Source: a virus
Taxonomy: Duplodnaviria; Heunggongvirae; Uroviricota; Caudoviricetes
Length of the DNA stretch: 37,247 bases
IMG/VR virus record: IMGVR_UViG_2526164629_000027
Strand: one strand, 5' to 3'
The translations under genes and the position numbers were made by a program. The first letter of the stretch is position 1. Each line of letters begins with the position of its first letter. Under the pieces are notes generated by a model. It saw only the letters and a list, made by a program, of their open reading frames with translations. It had not been told where the DNA came from and did no database searches. Positions 1-9,066 of this stretch are shown piece by piece.

Positions 1-1002
1 TTACCCTCTATTGTCAAAAGGGTTCAATTCAACAGCAGCCTCTAAATGACCTGGAGCAAAATGCGCATAACGCATAGTCATTTTTATATCGCTATGCCCC
101 AGTATTTTTTGCAACACAAGAATATTTCCGCCCCGCATCATAAAATGACTGGCAAACGTGTGACGTAGCACATGAGTTAATTGCCCATCAGGAAGCTCGA
201 TCTTCGCTCTCTTAATTGCAGCGTCAAAAGCCTCATAACATGGTGAAAATAGCGCTCCTCGTTTTTTAGGAAGCATAGCCTGCAATTGAGGTGAAATCGG
301 TACAGTGCGGTTCTTCTTTCCTTTAGTTTTAACAAATGTGATTCGACCGGGCAGTACTTGAGATTGCTTTAATCCTTCTGCTTCACTCCACCGAGCACCC
401 GTCGCAAGCCCAATACGGACAACAACCCCCAAATCTTTATTCCGTGACTCATCACACGCAATCAGAAGGCGCTCAATCTCATCTACATACAGAAACGCCA
501 GTTCCTTTTCTTCCTCACGAAACTTGCGAATACCAGTCAGGGGGTTTTCACCAGACCACTCCCCAAGGCGCTTCAGTTCGGCAAAAACAGCATGTAGATA
601 TGACTGCTCGCGATTAACGGTTGCTTCACTAAGTTTTTTCTTCCCCTTGGGATTCCATTCTCCAGATAGCCTTCTTTCCCGATAAGTAGCAAACATATTT
701 TTGTCAAACTGAGAAGCAAATGGATCTCCCAGCCTGGAACAAATCGCCTCAAGTTTGACTTTGCGCTCTGCACCAGAGGACAAGGTTTTACCGTACATCT
801 CAAACCAACGAGCAATCAACTCAGAAAGACGAGGACCAGAACCATCTTGAAACTCGTCTCCAACTCTACTATTCATTAAACGGCGCTCATAAGAGAGCGC
901 CTCACTTTTTGTCGCAAACTGTTTACGTATGCGTTTTCCCGATGCCCCGTAGGGATAACATTCGCAAAGCCATTTACCTGATGGAATCTTACGAACCGAC
1001 AT
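1..1002 (-). CDS. int: Tyrosine integrase, coliphage 186/P2 family
   Basis: 333 aa; N-terminus MSVRKIPSGKW and C-terminal catalytic region (TGARWSEA, HVLRHTFASHFMM, MTMRYAHF) closely resemble phage 186 Int as I recall it; ATG at 1000-1002. Confidence 0.9.
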   Translation of the reverse strand: MSVRKIPSGKWLCECYPYGASGKRIRKQFATKSEALSYERRLMNSRVGDEFQDGSGPRLSELIARWFEMYGKTLSSGAERKVKLEAICSRLGDPFASQFDKNMFATYRERRLSGEWNPKGKKKLSEATVNREQSYLHAVFAELKRLGEWSGENPLTGIRKFREEEKELAFLYVDEIERLLIACDESRNKDLGVVVRIGLATGARWSEAEGLKQSQVLPGRITFVKTKGKKNRTVPISPQLQAMLPKKRGALFSPCYEAFDAAIKRAKIELPDGQLTHVLRHTFASHFMMRGGNILVLQKILGHSDIKMTMRYAHFAPGHLEAAVELNPFDNRG

Positions 1003-1007
1003 TTTAG

Positions 1008-1355
1008 TTACTTATCACATAAATCAAATGCAGCCTTAGTGACATCCCCCAGACTCTTTTTTAACCCTGGGGCGGCATCATTATCTAGCCAAAATGGATT
1101 ATTGTTATCTAACGGTAACGCACCAAATGTTTTACCTTTTATTCGAGCCAAACCTGTAAGTGCATATAACTTATTATCGTCAAAATTCATCACATAAGGA
1201 TTACCATCAAGACACTGTAATTGAACCTCATCAGTATTAAATGGCCATACCCCATTGAAACTCTCACGTTCAATAGTTTTAAAAGGCATTGCGAGGGCGG
1301 AAAAAGAAAACATAGATAAAAAAGTAACTAATAGTTGAACCTTTTTTACTTTCAT
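1008..1355 (-). CDS. Hypothetical secreted protein (N-terminal signal peptide), lysogeny-operon cargo
   Basis: 115 aa ORF with hydrophobic signal-like N-terminus (LLVTFLSMFSFSALAMP); AT-rich; lies between repressor and int on the same strand, 6 nt upstream of int. Confidence 0.6.
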   Translation of the reverse strand: MKVKKVQLLVTFLSMFSFSALAMPFKTIERESFNGVWPFNTDEVQLQCLDGNPYVMNFDDNKLYALTGLARIKGKTFGALPLDNNNPFWLDNDAAPGLKKSLGDVTKAAFDLCDK

Positions 1356-1384
1356 ATCATTACCTCAATTTAGCTCAAGTAAGA

Positions 1385-2035
1385 TTACAAATTAAAAAAC
1401 GCCCTAGAAATAACACCTCCTACCAAAACCCCTACGCAGATAAAGAATATTATTTCTTTTGGATAAAGTCGGATTAATTCTGAAGCACGAAGTCGGACTT
1501 CTGGTAAGGTCGAACTCTCTGTGTGGCTTGATGCCGATTGTTGCTCTAACCACGACAATGCAGACTGTAACTGAGAACGAGTAAGATCGTTTAAACGTCC
1601 TGTACCGAAATTGATATGGCAATACCGCAGAAGTTTTTGTCGAAGTCCACAGTCTTCACTGTTACGTAGTAATAAACTTACAAGAGCCTTACAGGCATCA
1701 TGATCTTTACATCGCTCAAGCATTGCATGCAGAAAACTCTCCGCTGTTTTATATTGATTTACTGTCATATCATCAATACCAGCTACACCAATCTCCGCAT
1801 GTACTTTTTGCCAAATAATAAACGCTTCAGTATTGCTAGCTTCTGCAATAGCAGCAACCAAGCTATTTAGCTCCTTACGCTGAGCCTTAAGCAAAGGGCG
1901 ATCGTCATCATCATTATTCGAAGGGATTGCGATATTGACGGTCTGAGAACCATCATATCGCTCTATCTGAATATTCTTTTCGTGAAAATCACGCCCAGCA
2001 ACGCGATTGTTTGAACCGTTTGAGTTGACGGCCAT
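1385..2035 (-). CDS. Hypothetical protein with C-terminal transmembrane anchor, lysogeny-operon cargo
   Basis: 216 aa ORF; strong SD (GGGAGGTG) before the ATG at 2033-2035; C-terminal hydrophobic helix (IIFFICVGVLVGGVI); acidic DDDD stretch; AT-rich. Confidence 0.6.
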   Translation of the reverse strand: MAVNSNGSNNRVAGRDFHEKNIQIERYDGSQTVNIAIPSNNDDDDRPLLKAQRKELNSLVAAIAEASNTEAFIIWQKVHAEIGVAGIDDMTVNQYKTAESFLHAMLERCKDHDACKALVSLLLRNSEDCGLRQKLLRYCHINFGTGRLNDLTRSQLQSALSWLEQQSASSHTESSTLPEVRLRASELIRLYPKEIIFFICVGVLVGGVISRAFFNL

Positions 2036-2050
2036 GTCACCTCCCTACTA

Positions 2051-2455
2051 TCACCTACCCTTAGTTTCGTTATAGTCACGACCAGCGATACGGTTTTTAC
2101 CACCAGAAATATTTAACTCACGTCCTGATGGCTGAGTTTCCTTTTCACTGATCGCACCTTTTAAAGCCCCAATCACCGCGTTTTTCACATCTAACGAAGC
2201 TGCTCGAAAGCGAGTAATCAACTCCTGCTCATCATCGTTATAAGTTTCAGGTGAGTGAATTCCCAACACAACATACTGAACATCAAGGCCAAAACGAGAC
2301 AGCGCTGCCAAATACGCAGCATCAGGAAAGCTATCTCCTTTCTCATATCTAAGCTGAGTTAGCTTTTTGACTCCACCAATGTCGCTCATGGCAACTTGAC
2401 TAAGTCCCAATCTTTCCCTTTCCTCACGCAACCGCTGACCAATATCATTTTTCAT
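2051..2455 (-). CDS. CI-like immunity repressor (XRE-family helix-turn-helix)
   Basis: 134 aa; N-terminal HTH signature (IGQRLREERERLGLSQVAMSDIGGV...YEKG); located between int-side genes and the divergent early operon, the position of the 186/P2 repressor. Confidence 0.8.
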   Translation of the reverse strand: MKNDIGQRLREERERLGLSQVAMSDIGGVKKLTQLRYEKGDSFPDAAYLAALSRFGLDVQYVVLGIHSPETYNDDEQELITRFRAASLDVKNAVIGALKGAISEKETQPSGRELNISGGKNRIAGRDYNETKGR

Positions 2456-2530
2456 ACAAAAACCTTGACAGGTATCTTTTTTGATACCAAAATGATTTCA
2501 CGAGCTATTAGATGATCACAATATACCACT
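2456..2530. promoter_or_regulatory. Immunity switch region: candidate early promoter and operator
   Basis: TTGACA at 2465-2470, then a 6-bp inverted repeat GGTATC-N6-GATACC (2471-2488) in the spacer, then a -10-like CAAAAT; a further ATACC half-site near 2523; sits between the repressor start and the first rightward gene. Confidence 0.5.
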
Positions 2531-2737
2531 ATGAAACAAGTTCTTCACGATACCAGATCACGCATTCCGCGTAACACCGCCACAGGTCCAAGACTGGCAC
2601 TTCGGCTGTCCCTCGAGGAGCGAGCCGTCATTGATGAAATGGCAGCTAAAGAACAACGCTCATCCTCTAACATGGCGCGCATGATCTTCCTTCGCGGCCT
2701 AGAGCTAACCCAGAAAGAACAAAACAAATCTTCCTGA
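2531..2737 (+). CDS. Small DNA-binding protein, first gene of the early lytic operon (Cox/Apl position; possibly ribbon-helix-helix)
   Basis: 68 aa; position immediately after the switch region; basic N-terminus followed by helical segment (LSLEERAVIDEMAAKEQR...MARMIFLRGLEL). Confidence 0.55.
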   Translation: MKQVLHDTRSRIPRNTATGPRLALRLSLEERAVIDEMAAKEQRSSSNMARMIFLRGLELTQKEQNKSS

Positions 2738-2753
2738 TCAGGAGGCTAGTGGG

Positions 2754-2957
2754 ATGTCAGGTATAACCATCAATATCAATGTGAATGCCCCCTATGTATC
2801 CCTGCAGAAATATGCAGAGATAACAGGTATCCCTCTTAATACATGCAAAAAGATGTTGGCTGACGGTCGAATAATTATCCGCCCCAAACGCGCCAAAATG
2901 GAAAAGCCTGAAGTAAACCTTGTGGCGATGTTAAAAGACGCTTTGGCTAACAGCTAA
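2754..2957 (+). CDS. Small putative DNA-binding (excisionase/Cox-like) protein
   Basis: 67 aa; SD GGAGG upstream; helix-turn-helix-like segment (LQKYAEITGIPLNTCKKMLADGRIII). Confidence 0.5.
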   Translation: MSGITININVNAPYVSLQKYAEITGIPLNTCKKMLADGRIIIRPKRAKMEKPEVNLVAMLKDALANS

Positions 2958-2978
2958 AACAATGAACAGAGCACCATC

Positions 2979-3329
2979 ATGAAAAAAAACGCTAATAATC
3001 CATACTCCAAATTTCGTAATGGCGTAGAACGCCATGTACACCACGTCGCTACCTGTGCATCACGTAGTAACAGTCGCTATAACCTGAACGAGACGCACGC
3101 AACACCGGATGGCCACGCTGTAAAACAAATCGGCGAGCATGCCTGGCTGATTGAGAAAGCTGGAATCGTGGTCCACAAATGCCCACGCAATCCGTTTACC
3201 GGAAACCGCATTTTTGCATTGAACTGCGGCGACAATCACTTCGGGCAGGATTTCACATTATACGAAGCACTTCGCACGGTTGATCGTCTGCTTCGCGGGC
3301 AAAGTTTTATTAAACAGGCTGATTTATAA
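2979..3329 (+). CDS. Hypothetical early protein
   Basis: 116 aa ORF in the co-directional early operon; no recognisable motif. Confidence 0.5.
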   Translation: MKKNANNPYSKFRNGVERHVHHVATCASRSNSRYNLNETHATPDGHAVKQIGEHAWLIEKAGIVVHKCPRNPFTGNRIFALNCGDNHFGQDFTLYEALRTVDRLLRGQSFIKQADL

Positions 3330-3339
3330 CAGGTGCTTT

Positions 3340-3618
3340 ATGACCAAAGAGCATGCACAAGGTGTATTTATCCGTTTTATTGATTTTCGCGGTGAACTGT
3401 TATTACGCGCATCAGCCATTGACGGAGTTGTTCCATCCGAAAAAAACGCAGCTACTTACGTTTATCTGAACGGTACGCGCCTGACTGTGGAGCTTCCGTA
3501 CCAGACCGTACGAGAAATCATTAGCGAAGCTGAAAAGGCACGTCAGGTTAATGGCGATGAACCCTATATCGAAATTATTTGTATGGATTCAGAAGCTGAA
3601 ATTCAGAAAGCAGATTAA
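3340..3618 (+). CDS. Hypothetical early protein
   Basis: 92 aa from the internal ATG at 3340 (the listed ORF start at 3280 would overlap the previous gene); AGGTG upstream. Confidence 0.5.
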   Translation: MTKEHAQGVFIRFIDFRGELLLRASAIDGVVPSEKNAATYVYLNGTRLTVELPYQTVREIISEAEKARQVNGDEPYIEIICMDSEAEIQKAD

Positions 3619-3629
3619 AGGGCGTTGCG

Positions 3630-3872
3630 ATGGGCAAAGAATATAAAACTCTCATTAACAAAGCACTTGAACGATTTTATTTTCGCTTAAGTGCATCAGG
3701 CGCTCATGCTGAACATGCAGCCCGTGACTCATTGACCAGGGCAATCCGGAGTTTGTATGACGTTGCTTTTTACGCTGATGATCTGGATGCACTGAACGAA
3801 CTTTCCGAGCTGATCTGTGCCGCAGAATGCGGGGAACACATTGAACCGTATAAGCTGGGGAATATCGCATGA
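3630..3872 (+). CDS. Hypothetical early protein
   Basis: 80 aa ORF, tightly packed in the operon. Confidence 0.5.
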   Translation: MGKEYKTLINKALERFYFRLSASGAHAEHAARDSLTRAIRSLYDVAFYADDLDALNELSELICAAECGEHIEPYKLGNIA

Positions 3873-3982
3873 GTATATTTATCTCATGGCTTGTTCTGAT
3901 TATTTCGGTGGCCTGCGCCATTGGGATTATGCGAATTATTCATTCAGTAAAAAAGATTGAACGCTTTTTCACTGACAAATAA
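3869..3982 (+). CDS. Small hydrophobic membrane peptide (37 aa)
   Basis: ATG overlaps the previous stop (ATGA coupling); translation MSIFISWLVLIISVACAIGIMRIIHSVKKIERFFTDK is one TM helix plus a basic tail; below the ORF-track size cutoff. Confidence 0.35.
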   Translation: MSIFISWLVLIISVACAIGIMRIIHSVKKIERFFTDK

Positions 3983-4115
3983 TAGCTTAAACAAAACACC
4001 AGATTAAACCCGAAAACCTGAAAACTATCCGCATTCGCGGAGGTATTCGCACACGTAAATAACGGAGATATAAAATGAACGCAAAAGAAAAAATATTATC
4101 AATACATTAAAAATA

Positions 4116-4490
4116 GTGTCAGCAGAGCAAGACAAGCTGTCCAGGGCAGCCCAGAAAGATAATCAACATATGGCAGCGCTTTACGCACTGACCATCGCAA
4201 TAGCCACCTCTGAAGCAGCCAAAATTATTGAGGAACAGGGCAAAGAAATCGACACTCTTAAAACACAGTCAACAGTTGCAGCCATGAATCCGTCCAGCAT
4301 TGGACGCCGCATTTACATTCTTGGTTCGGCAATAATGACGCAATACACCATTATTGCCGAACTGCACGGCAACTACCTGATAACGCCTTACCACACAAAA
4401 GAGTCAGAGCTTCTGACAAATCTCCGCCTGATAGAACGATCTCAAGCTGTATTCATTGATGACGCGCAACGTGCCGTATTTCACGCATAG
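4116..4490 (+). CDS. Hypothetical early protein
   Basis: 124 aa ORF with GTG start; preceded by an 11-codon mini-ORF (4075-4110) with a strong SD; the true start may be the ATG at 4170. Confidence 0.45.
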   Translation: MSAEQDKLSRAAQKDNQHMAALYALTIAIATSEAAKIIEEQGKEIDTLKTQSTVAAMNPSSIGRRIYILGSAIMTQYTIIAELHGNYLITPYHTKESELLTNLRLIERSQAVFIDDAQRAVFHA

Positions 4491-4513
4491 GGTTACTGGA
4501 CAAAGGGGGCGCA

Positions 4514-4717
4514 ATGGCAATTAAGCATTTTCCCATCATTCGCTTTACCTCCAGAGGGCGCGAATACGAGGTCGACGAACGCCTGATTACCACTATCGAC
4601 AAACATCGTTCAGAAAAGGATGCACACCACATCTACCTCACTGACGGCACTTACTTCTGCGCCACCAACGTGGCGCGGGTGAATCTTATCCGACAGGTAC
4701 AGGAGCCACGCAAATGA
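4514..4717 (+). CDS. Hypothetical early protein
   Basis: 67 aa ORF with SD AAGGGGG upstream. Confidence 0.5.
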   Translation: MAIKHFPIIRFTSRGREYEVDERLITTIDKHRSEKDAHHIYLTDGTYFCATNVARVNLIRQVQEPRK

Positions 4718-4980
4718 CCATTCTGGACTACATCACTACACATCCGGGTTGTAGCGGCGGAGAAATCGCCGCAGCACTGAACACCCCAACCACAGCTATT
4801 AATGCTGAGTTACGCCGACTTTGGCGCAGCGGCTTAGTCATCAGAACAAACCGCAGCACAGGTGGTCGCGCTCGCAAAACTGGAGGCCAGGCTTCTTACC
4901 ACGTAAACCCGATGCCGTTCGGGTGTAGCAATCCACTTACTCACATGTTTAACCAGCTACTGAAGGAAGCCAGAACATGA
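4714..4980 (+). CDS. Hypothetical protein, possible winged-helix DNA-binding
   Basis: 88 aa; start overlaps the previous stop (ATGA); segment GEIAAALNTPTTAINAELRRLWRSGLV resembles a wHTH. Confidence 0.5.
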   Translation: MTILDYITTHPGCSGGEIAAALNTPTTAINAELRRLWRSGLVIRTNRSTGGRARKTGGQASYHVNPMPFGCSNPLTHMFNQLLKEART

Positions 4981-5276
4981 GCACCATCAACCACCAGAAG
5001 CTACGCGAACTGGCATTTGCCCTGCAACGAATGGCAACTCCTCAAAAATTACTGGCATTTCGCGTAATGCTCTCGCCGTCTGCTGTGCTGGCACTGCTGG
5101 ATCAGCTGGAGCACGCCAAAACCACGGCTCCTGCCATTCGCCTGACGCTCCATCATGAAATCGCTGATTTCTGCGCAACGCTGGGGGCACCTGGCGAACC
5201 GGAAACGCCGGAAGCAATGCAGCAAGAGCTGCTGCAACGCATTGACAAGGTTTTTGATTTTTTTCTGAACCAGTAA
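4977..5276 (+). CDS. Hypothetical early protein
   Basis: 99 aa ORF; start overlaps the previous stop. Confidence 0.5.
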   Translation: MSTINHQKLRELAFALQRMATPQKLLAFRVMLSPSAVLALLDQLEHAKTTAPAIRLTLHHEIADFCATLGAPGEPETPEAMQQELLQRIDKVFDFFLNQ

Positions 5277-5598
5277 GAAACCAGAACATGCACACACAAA
5301 AAAACCGCTTGCCATGTCGCAATCAGTCAGGTTACATTTCCGCTGCACCTCACAAAACGGGTGTCGGGTTTCGCAGCCTGCTGACTACACAAGCGCACAA
5401 CCGCGCCAGCGGTTTTTTTGTGCGTACTGTATTGCCACGTTTTTTTCGCGTCAGAATTATGGCGGGGCGTACGGGGCCGACTTCGGTCGGGCCGGGTTCT
5501 TGTGTAGCCGGTACTGCGAACCTCGTACGTCTCGCCACCCACAGTTTCGCAGCTCTGGATGGTGAGTTTTCACAACTTACTACACAAGGGGCCACACC

Positions 5599-5829
5599 AT
5601 GGCAAACCGCAAACCACACCGCGCTATCGCGGAGCGTCGTCACATCCAGACTGAAATCAACCGCAGACTTTCCCGCGCATCACGCGTCGCGCAAATCATG
5701 CACATCAATATGCTGCATGAGCGCAGCCACGCACTATCAAACATTTATTCCGCCTCTGTTTACAGCTATCTGGCGAATGATCTGCACGAGCTTCAACAGC
5801 TCATCCAGCAGCAAAACAAACACCATTAA
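5599..5829 (+). CDS. Hypothetical small protein
   Basis: 76 aa ORF with AGGGG-type SD; follows a 320-bp structured non-coding stretch. Confidence 0.4.
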   Translation: MANRKPHRAIAERRHIQTEINRRLSRASRVAQIMHINMLHERSHALSNIYSASVYSYLANDLHELQQLIQQQNKHH

Positions 5830-5901
5830 TTCCTGTTCCGGGCCTTTCCTGCACCTTGCGGCGGGAGGCCTTCGCACATCTGTAACAAGAGGATTGCCGC
5901 A

Positions 5902-6267
5902 ATGATTCTCGCCAACGACTTTCTTGAATACCTGCTCAACACAGAACGTGATCTTGCCGCTCGCGTGCGTGATCGTTATGACATGTACCTGAAATCCCTG
6001 CCTGTACCGCAACTCGCTGACGGAAAAATTGTTATTGATGGTCGCTACATGATCGACAGCCACGAGGGAAATTACAGGCTTTACCGCATTGAAGGTGGCA
6101 CCCCGTCCGTTATTGGCATTTACCAGCGCCCATCCTCTGCAATCGTCGATGTGATTGCCGACAGCATCCGCATCACACATCGCCATGCCGACACAGAAGA
6201 CACCGTGCTGGAAATTCAGCGGCTGGCTACCGTCTGCCGCGACACCCTGAATGGCATGACGAAGTAA
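5902..6267 (+). CDS. Hypothetical protein immediately upstream of the replication gene
   Basis: 121 aa ORF with SD AAGAGG; ends 6 nt before gene A. Confidence 0.55.
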   Translation: MILANDFLEYLLNTERDLAARVRDRYDMYLKSLPVPQLADGKIVIDGRYMIDSHEGNYRLYRIEGGTPSVIGIYQRPSSAIVDVIADSIRITHRHADTEDTVLEIQRLATVCRDTLNGMTK

Positions 6268-6273
6268 ATCACT

Positions 6274-9021
6274 ATGACGGCAGAGTACATCAGGGACTGG
6301 CAACAACCGCGCCACGCCGTGGGGCGTGAAGGAACGGGGATCCCCGCTCCTGAATCCGCGCTTTCCTCCTGGCTGGATGCCTACCGGGCAGAGAACGAAC
6401 GCCGCCAGGAAATGGCTGATGCGGCGTTCTCCGCCACGCCGCTGGGCAACCTGATTAATAAAAGCCTGGACGCACAGGAAAAACAGGACAAAACCATCAC
6501 ACTGGCAGGAGACGCCAGAAAACAGGCACGCGGCGCGGTGGATGAAGCCATGGCCTCGCTGCGCCTGCTGCCGTCCTATCTGCGCGATCCGCTTATTCGC
6601 CACCTCTCCTTCCTGCGCAAAAAACAGGAAGCCGATCGCCGGAAAGGCAAAAAGAGCTGGCAGGCGGAACGCTATGCACGCGGAACCCTGCGCAAAATAT
6701 TCGAACGTCTGGATCGCACTGACGGACACTGGCTGACACCGGGTTATCGCTCCCTTGCCGGACGCGAACGCCTGGACGATTTGCTTTACCTGCCGCAGCT
6801 CAACAAACACCAGATACAGACGCTGGCCACCATGACGGCGGCGATGTTCAGCAGCACCTTCGAAAAACTCTGCGATGGCTTTGGCGCGACCGATGGCGAG
6901 CTGACCATGGATGTAACGCTGAAGGCGTATCAGATGCTGGCCCGCATGGCGTTACACCTGCACGCCATGCCTCCACATTATGACGCACTGACAACAGACA
7001 AAGACCGGAGGAACGAACCAGACACGGAGCTGCTGCCGGGCGCAATCCTTCGCCTGACCTGTGCGGAATGGTGGAAACGCAAACTGTGGCTGTTACGTTG
7101 CGAGTGGAGAGAAGAACAACTCCGCGCCGCCTGTCTGGTTTCCAGAAAAACATCACCCTATCTGAGCCAGGACGCGTTAAGCGAGTTTCGCGCACAGCGC
7201 GAGAAAACACGCGATTTCCTGAAAAGTTTCATGCTAGAAAATGAAGACGGGTTCACGATTGATCTCGAGACGGTGTATTACGCGGGAGTAAGTAACCCGG
7301 TTCACCGTAAGGCAGAAATGATGGCCACCATGAAGGGACTGGAACTTCTGGCCGAAGCCCGTGGCGACAGAGCGGTGTTTCTGACTGTCACCTGCCCGTC
7401 AAAATACCACGCAACAACGGAGAACGGTCATCCGAACCCCAAATGGAACGGGGCCACCATGCGCGACTCCAGCGATTACCTGGTTAACACGTTTTTTGCG
7501 GCAGTCCGCAAAAAACTGAACCGCGACGGTCTGCGCTGGTATGGCATCCGCACGGTGGAGCCTCACCATGACGGCACCGTGCACTGGCATATGATGGTCT
7601 TTGCTCATCCGGAAGAAATCGACAGCATCGTGGCCATCACCCGCGATATTGCCATTCAGGAAGACCGCCACGAGCTGGGCAATGATATTACTCCGCGCTT
7701 TAAGGTGGAGTATGTCGACGGCTCAAAAGGCACACCAACCAGCTATATCGCGACCTACATCGGAAAAAACCTGGACAGCCGCGCCGTGGATGGCATCGAC
7801 CCGAAAACGGGCAAGCCACGCGTTGACCACGAAACCGGAAAATCAATGGCCGAGAGCGTGGAACGCGCCATCGGCTGGGCGCGCCTTCACCGGGTCCGCC
7901 AGTTCCAGTTCTTTGGTATCCCCTCCCGTCAGGTGTGGCGTGAACTGCGCCGCCTTGCCAGCCAGATGGCACGCAACCCGGAAGGCCCGCAACGGCTGAA
8001 GGATGACGCAATGGACGCGGTACTCGCTGCCGCTGATGCCGGATGTTTTGCCACCTACATTGAGAAACAGGGTGGCGTACTTGTTCCACGCAAAGACTAC
8101 CTGATTCGCACCGCCTACGACCTCGCAGATGAGCTGAACGATTACGGTGAACAGAGCGTACAGATTTACGGGATCTGGTCGCCGCTCATTGGGGAGTCTT
8201 CCCGCGTATGCACGCATCCGGATAACTGGAAGCTGGTAAGACGCAAACCGGAAGCGGAAGACAGCGCCCGCGAAAATGGTTTTGACCTTCAGGGCGGCCC
8301 TGCCGCCCCTTGGACTCGTGGCAATAACTGTCCCCGTGTACAGGAAACGGACAACAACGGGACAGAACAGCCGGAAGAACGGCCAGCACCGTGGCCGCGG
8401 CTTCCTGAAGGCGTTGACGTGAATGAATGGATGCGCTCACTGAAACGGCACGAACGCCGGGCACTGATGCGTTCGCTGCGTGACAAACAGGCAAAAAACA
8501 GCAGTGATGAAATGCAGAACTGGACACAGAGCCGCAAACAGCCACAGCCTTTGCCTGATAACCACGAGTTACTCGCTAAAGAATGGCGGGAGTCTGCTGA
8601 ATCTCTCGGCCTGCATATCGGTGAACAGCAGATGCAGCACCTGTTACGAGGCGGCAGTCTGTACGTTGGCGGCAGCATCATTGCACCGCAGGGATTTGAA
8701 ATTGTACGCAAACAGGATACCCGCCCGGACAGCCGAATCACGCAGCTCTGGCAACGCCTGAGTCGTAATCACGGCGTAAGCAGCACGGAGATCCGCCATA
8801 ACCCGGTCGCCAGCTATCTGGAACAACTAGAGGCATCAGACCCTGAAGCCGCCGCACGCCTGGCATCCACACTTCAGCAAGACCAGAACACCATGAAAAC
8901 ACCCGTTACCGTACTTTCTGACATGCTGCGCGCCATCCGCGACGCAGAGCACGCACAGAGAATCAGTGAAACCACTAAACATGCTCGCAAAAAAATCAGT
9001 TTATTGCATCGAACACGATAG
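6274..9021 (+). CDS. A: Replication initiation protein A (rolling-circle HUH endonuclease, P2 gpA family)
   Basis: 915 aa; HUH-type motif (HWHMMVFAH) and a tyrosine-pair motif (YIATYIGKN) characteristic of the P2 A family. Confidence 0.9.
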   Translation: MTAEYIRDWQQPRHAVGREGTGIPAPESALSSWLDAYRAENERRQEMADAAFSATPLGNLINKSLDAQEKQDKTITLAGDARKQARGAVDEAMASLRLLPSYLRDPLIRHLSFLRKKQEADRRKGKKSWQAERYARGTLRKIFERLDRTDGHWLTPGYRSLAGRERLDDLLYLPQLNKHQIQTLATMTAAMFSSTFEKLCDGFGATDGELTMDVTLKAYQMLARMALHLHAMPPHYDALTTDKDRRNEPDTELLPGAILRLTCAEWWKRKLWLLRCEWREEQLRAACLVSRKTSPYLSQDALSEFRAQREKTRDFLKSFMLENEDGFTIDLETVYYAGVSNPVHRKAEMMATMKGLELLAEARGDRAVFLTVTCPSKYHATTENGHPNPKWNGATMRDSSDYLVNTFFAAVRKKLNRDGLRWYGIRTVEPHHDGTVHWHMMVFAHPEEIDSIVAITRDIAIQEDRHELGNDITPRFKVEYVDGSKGTPTSYIATYIGKNLDSRAVDGIDPKTGKPRVDHETGKSMAESVERAIGWARLHRVRQFQFFGIPSRQVWRELRRLASQMARNPEGPQRLKDDAMDAVLAAADAGCFATYIEKQGGVLVPRKDYLIRTAYDLADELNDYGEQSVQIYGIWSPLIGESSRVCTHPDNWKLVRRKPEAEDSARENGFDLQGGPAAPWTRGNNCPRVQETDNNGTEQPEERPAPWPRLPEGVDVNEWMRSLKRHERRALMRSLRDKQAKNSSDEMQNWTQSRKQPQPLPDNHELLAKEWRESAESLGLHIGEQQMQHLLRGGSLYVGGSIIAPQGFEIVRKQDTRPDSRITQLWQRLSRNHGVSSTEIRHNPVASYLEQLEASDPEAAARLASTLQQDQNTMKTPVTVLSDMLRAIRDAEHAQRISETTKHARKKISLLHRTR

Positions 9022-9066
9022 AAATATAGAGCTAAGGCCGCCCTAGGAATAAGGAGGCCTTGAAAA

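Noticed and set aside
5288-5905. 205-aa plus-strand ORF and overlapping 83-aa Cys-containing ORF
   Set aside because: Low-complexity translations crossing hairpins and T-runs and overlapping a better-supported 76-aa ORF; more likely non-coding structured RNA/DNA.
5737-6810. 357-aa minus-strand ORF overlapping gene A and its upstream gene
   Set aside because: Lies antisense to two well-supported genes in GC-rich sequence where long spurious frames are common; no start context and no motif.
9022-9066. Hairpin aaggcc-N16-ggcctt between gene A and the cargo operon as a terminator
   Set aside because: Loop is long and no clear U-run on either side; weak evidence.
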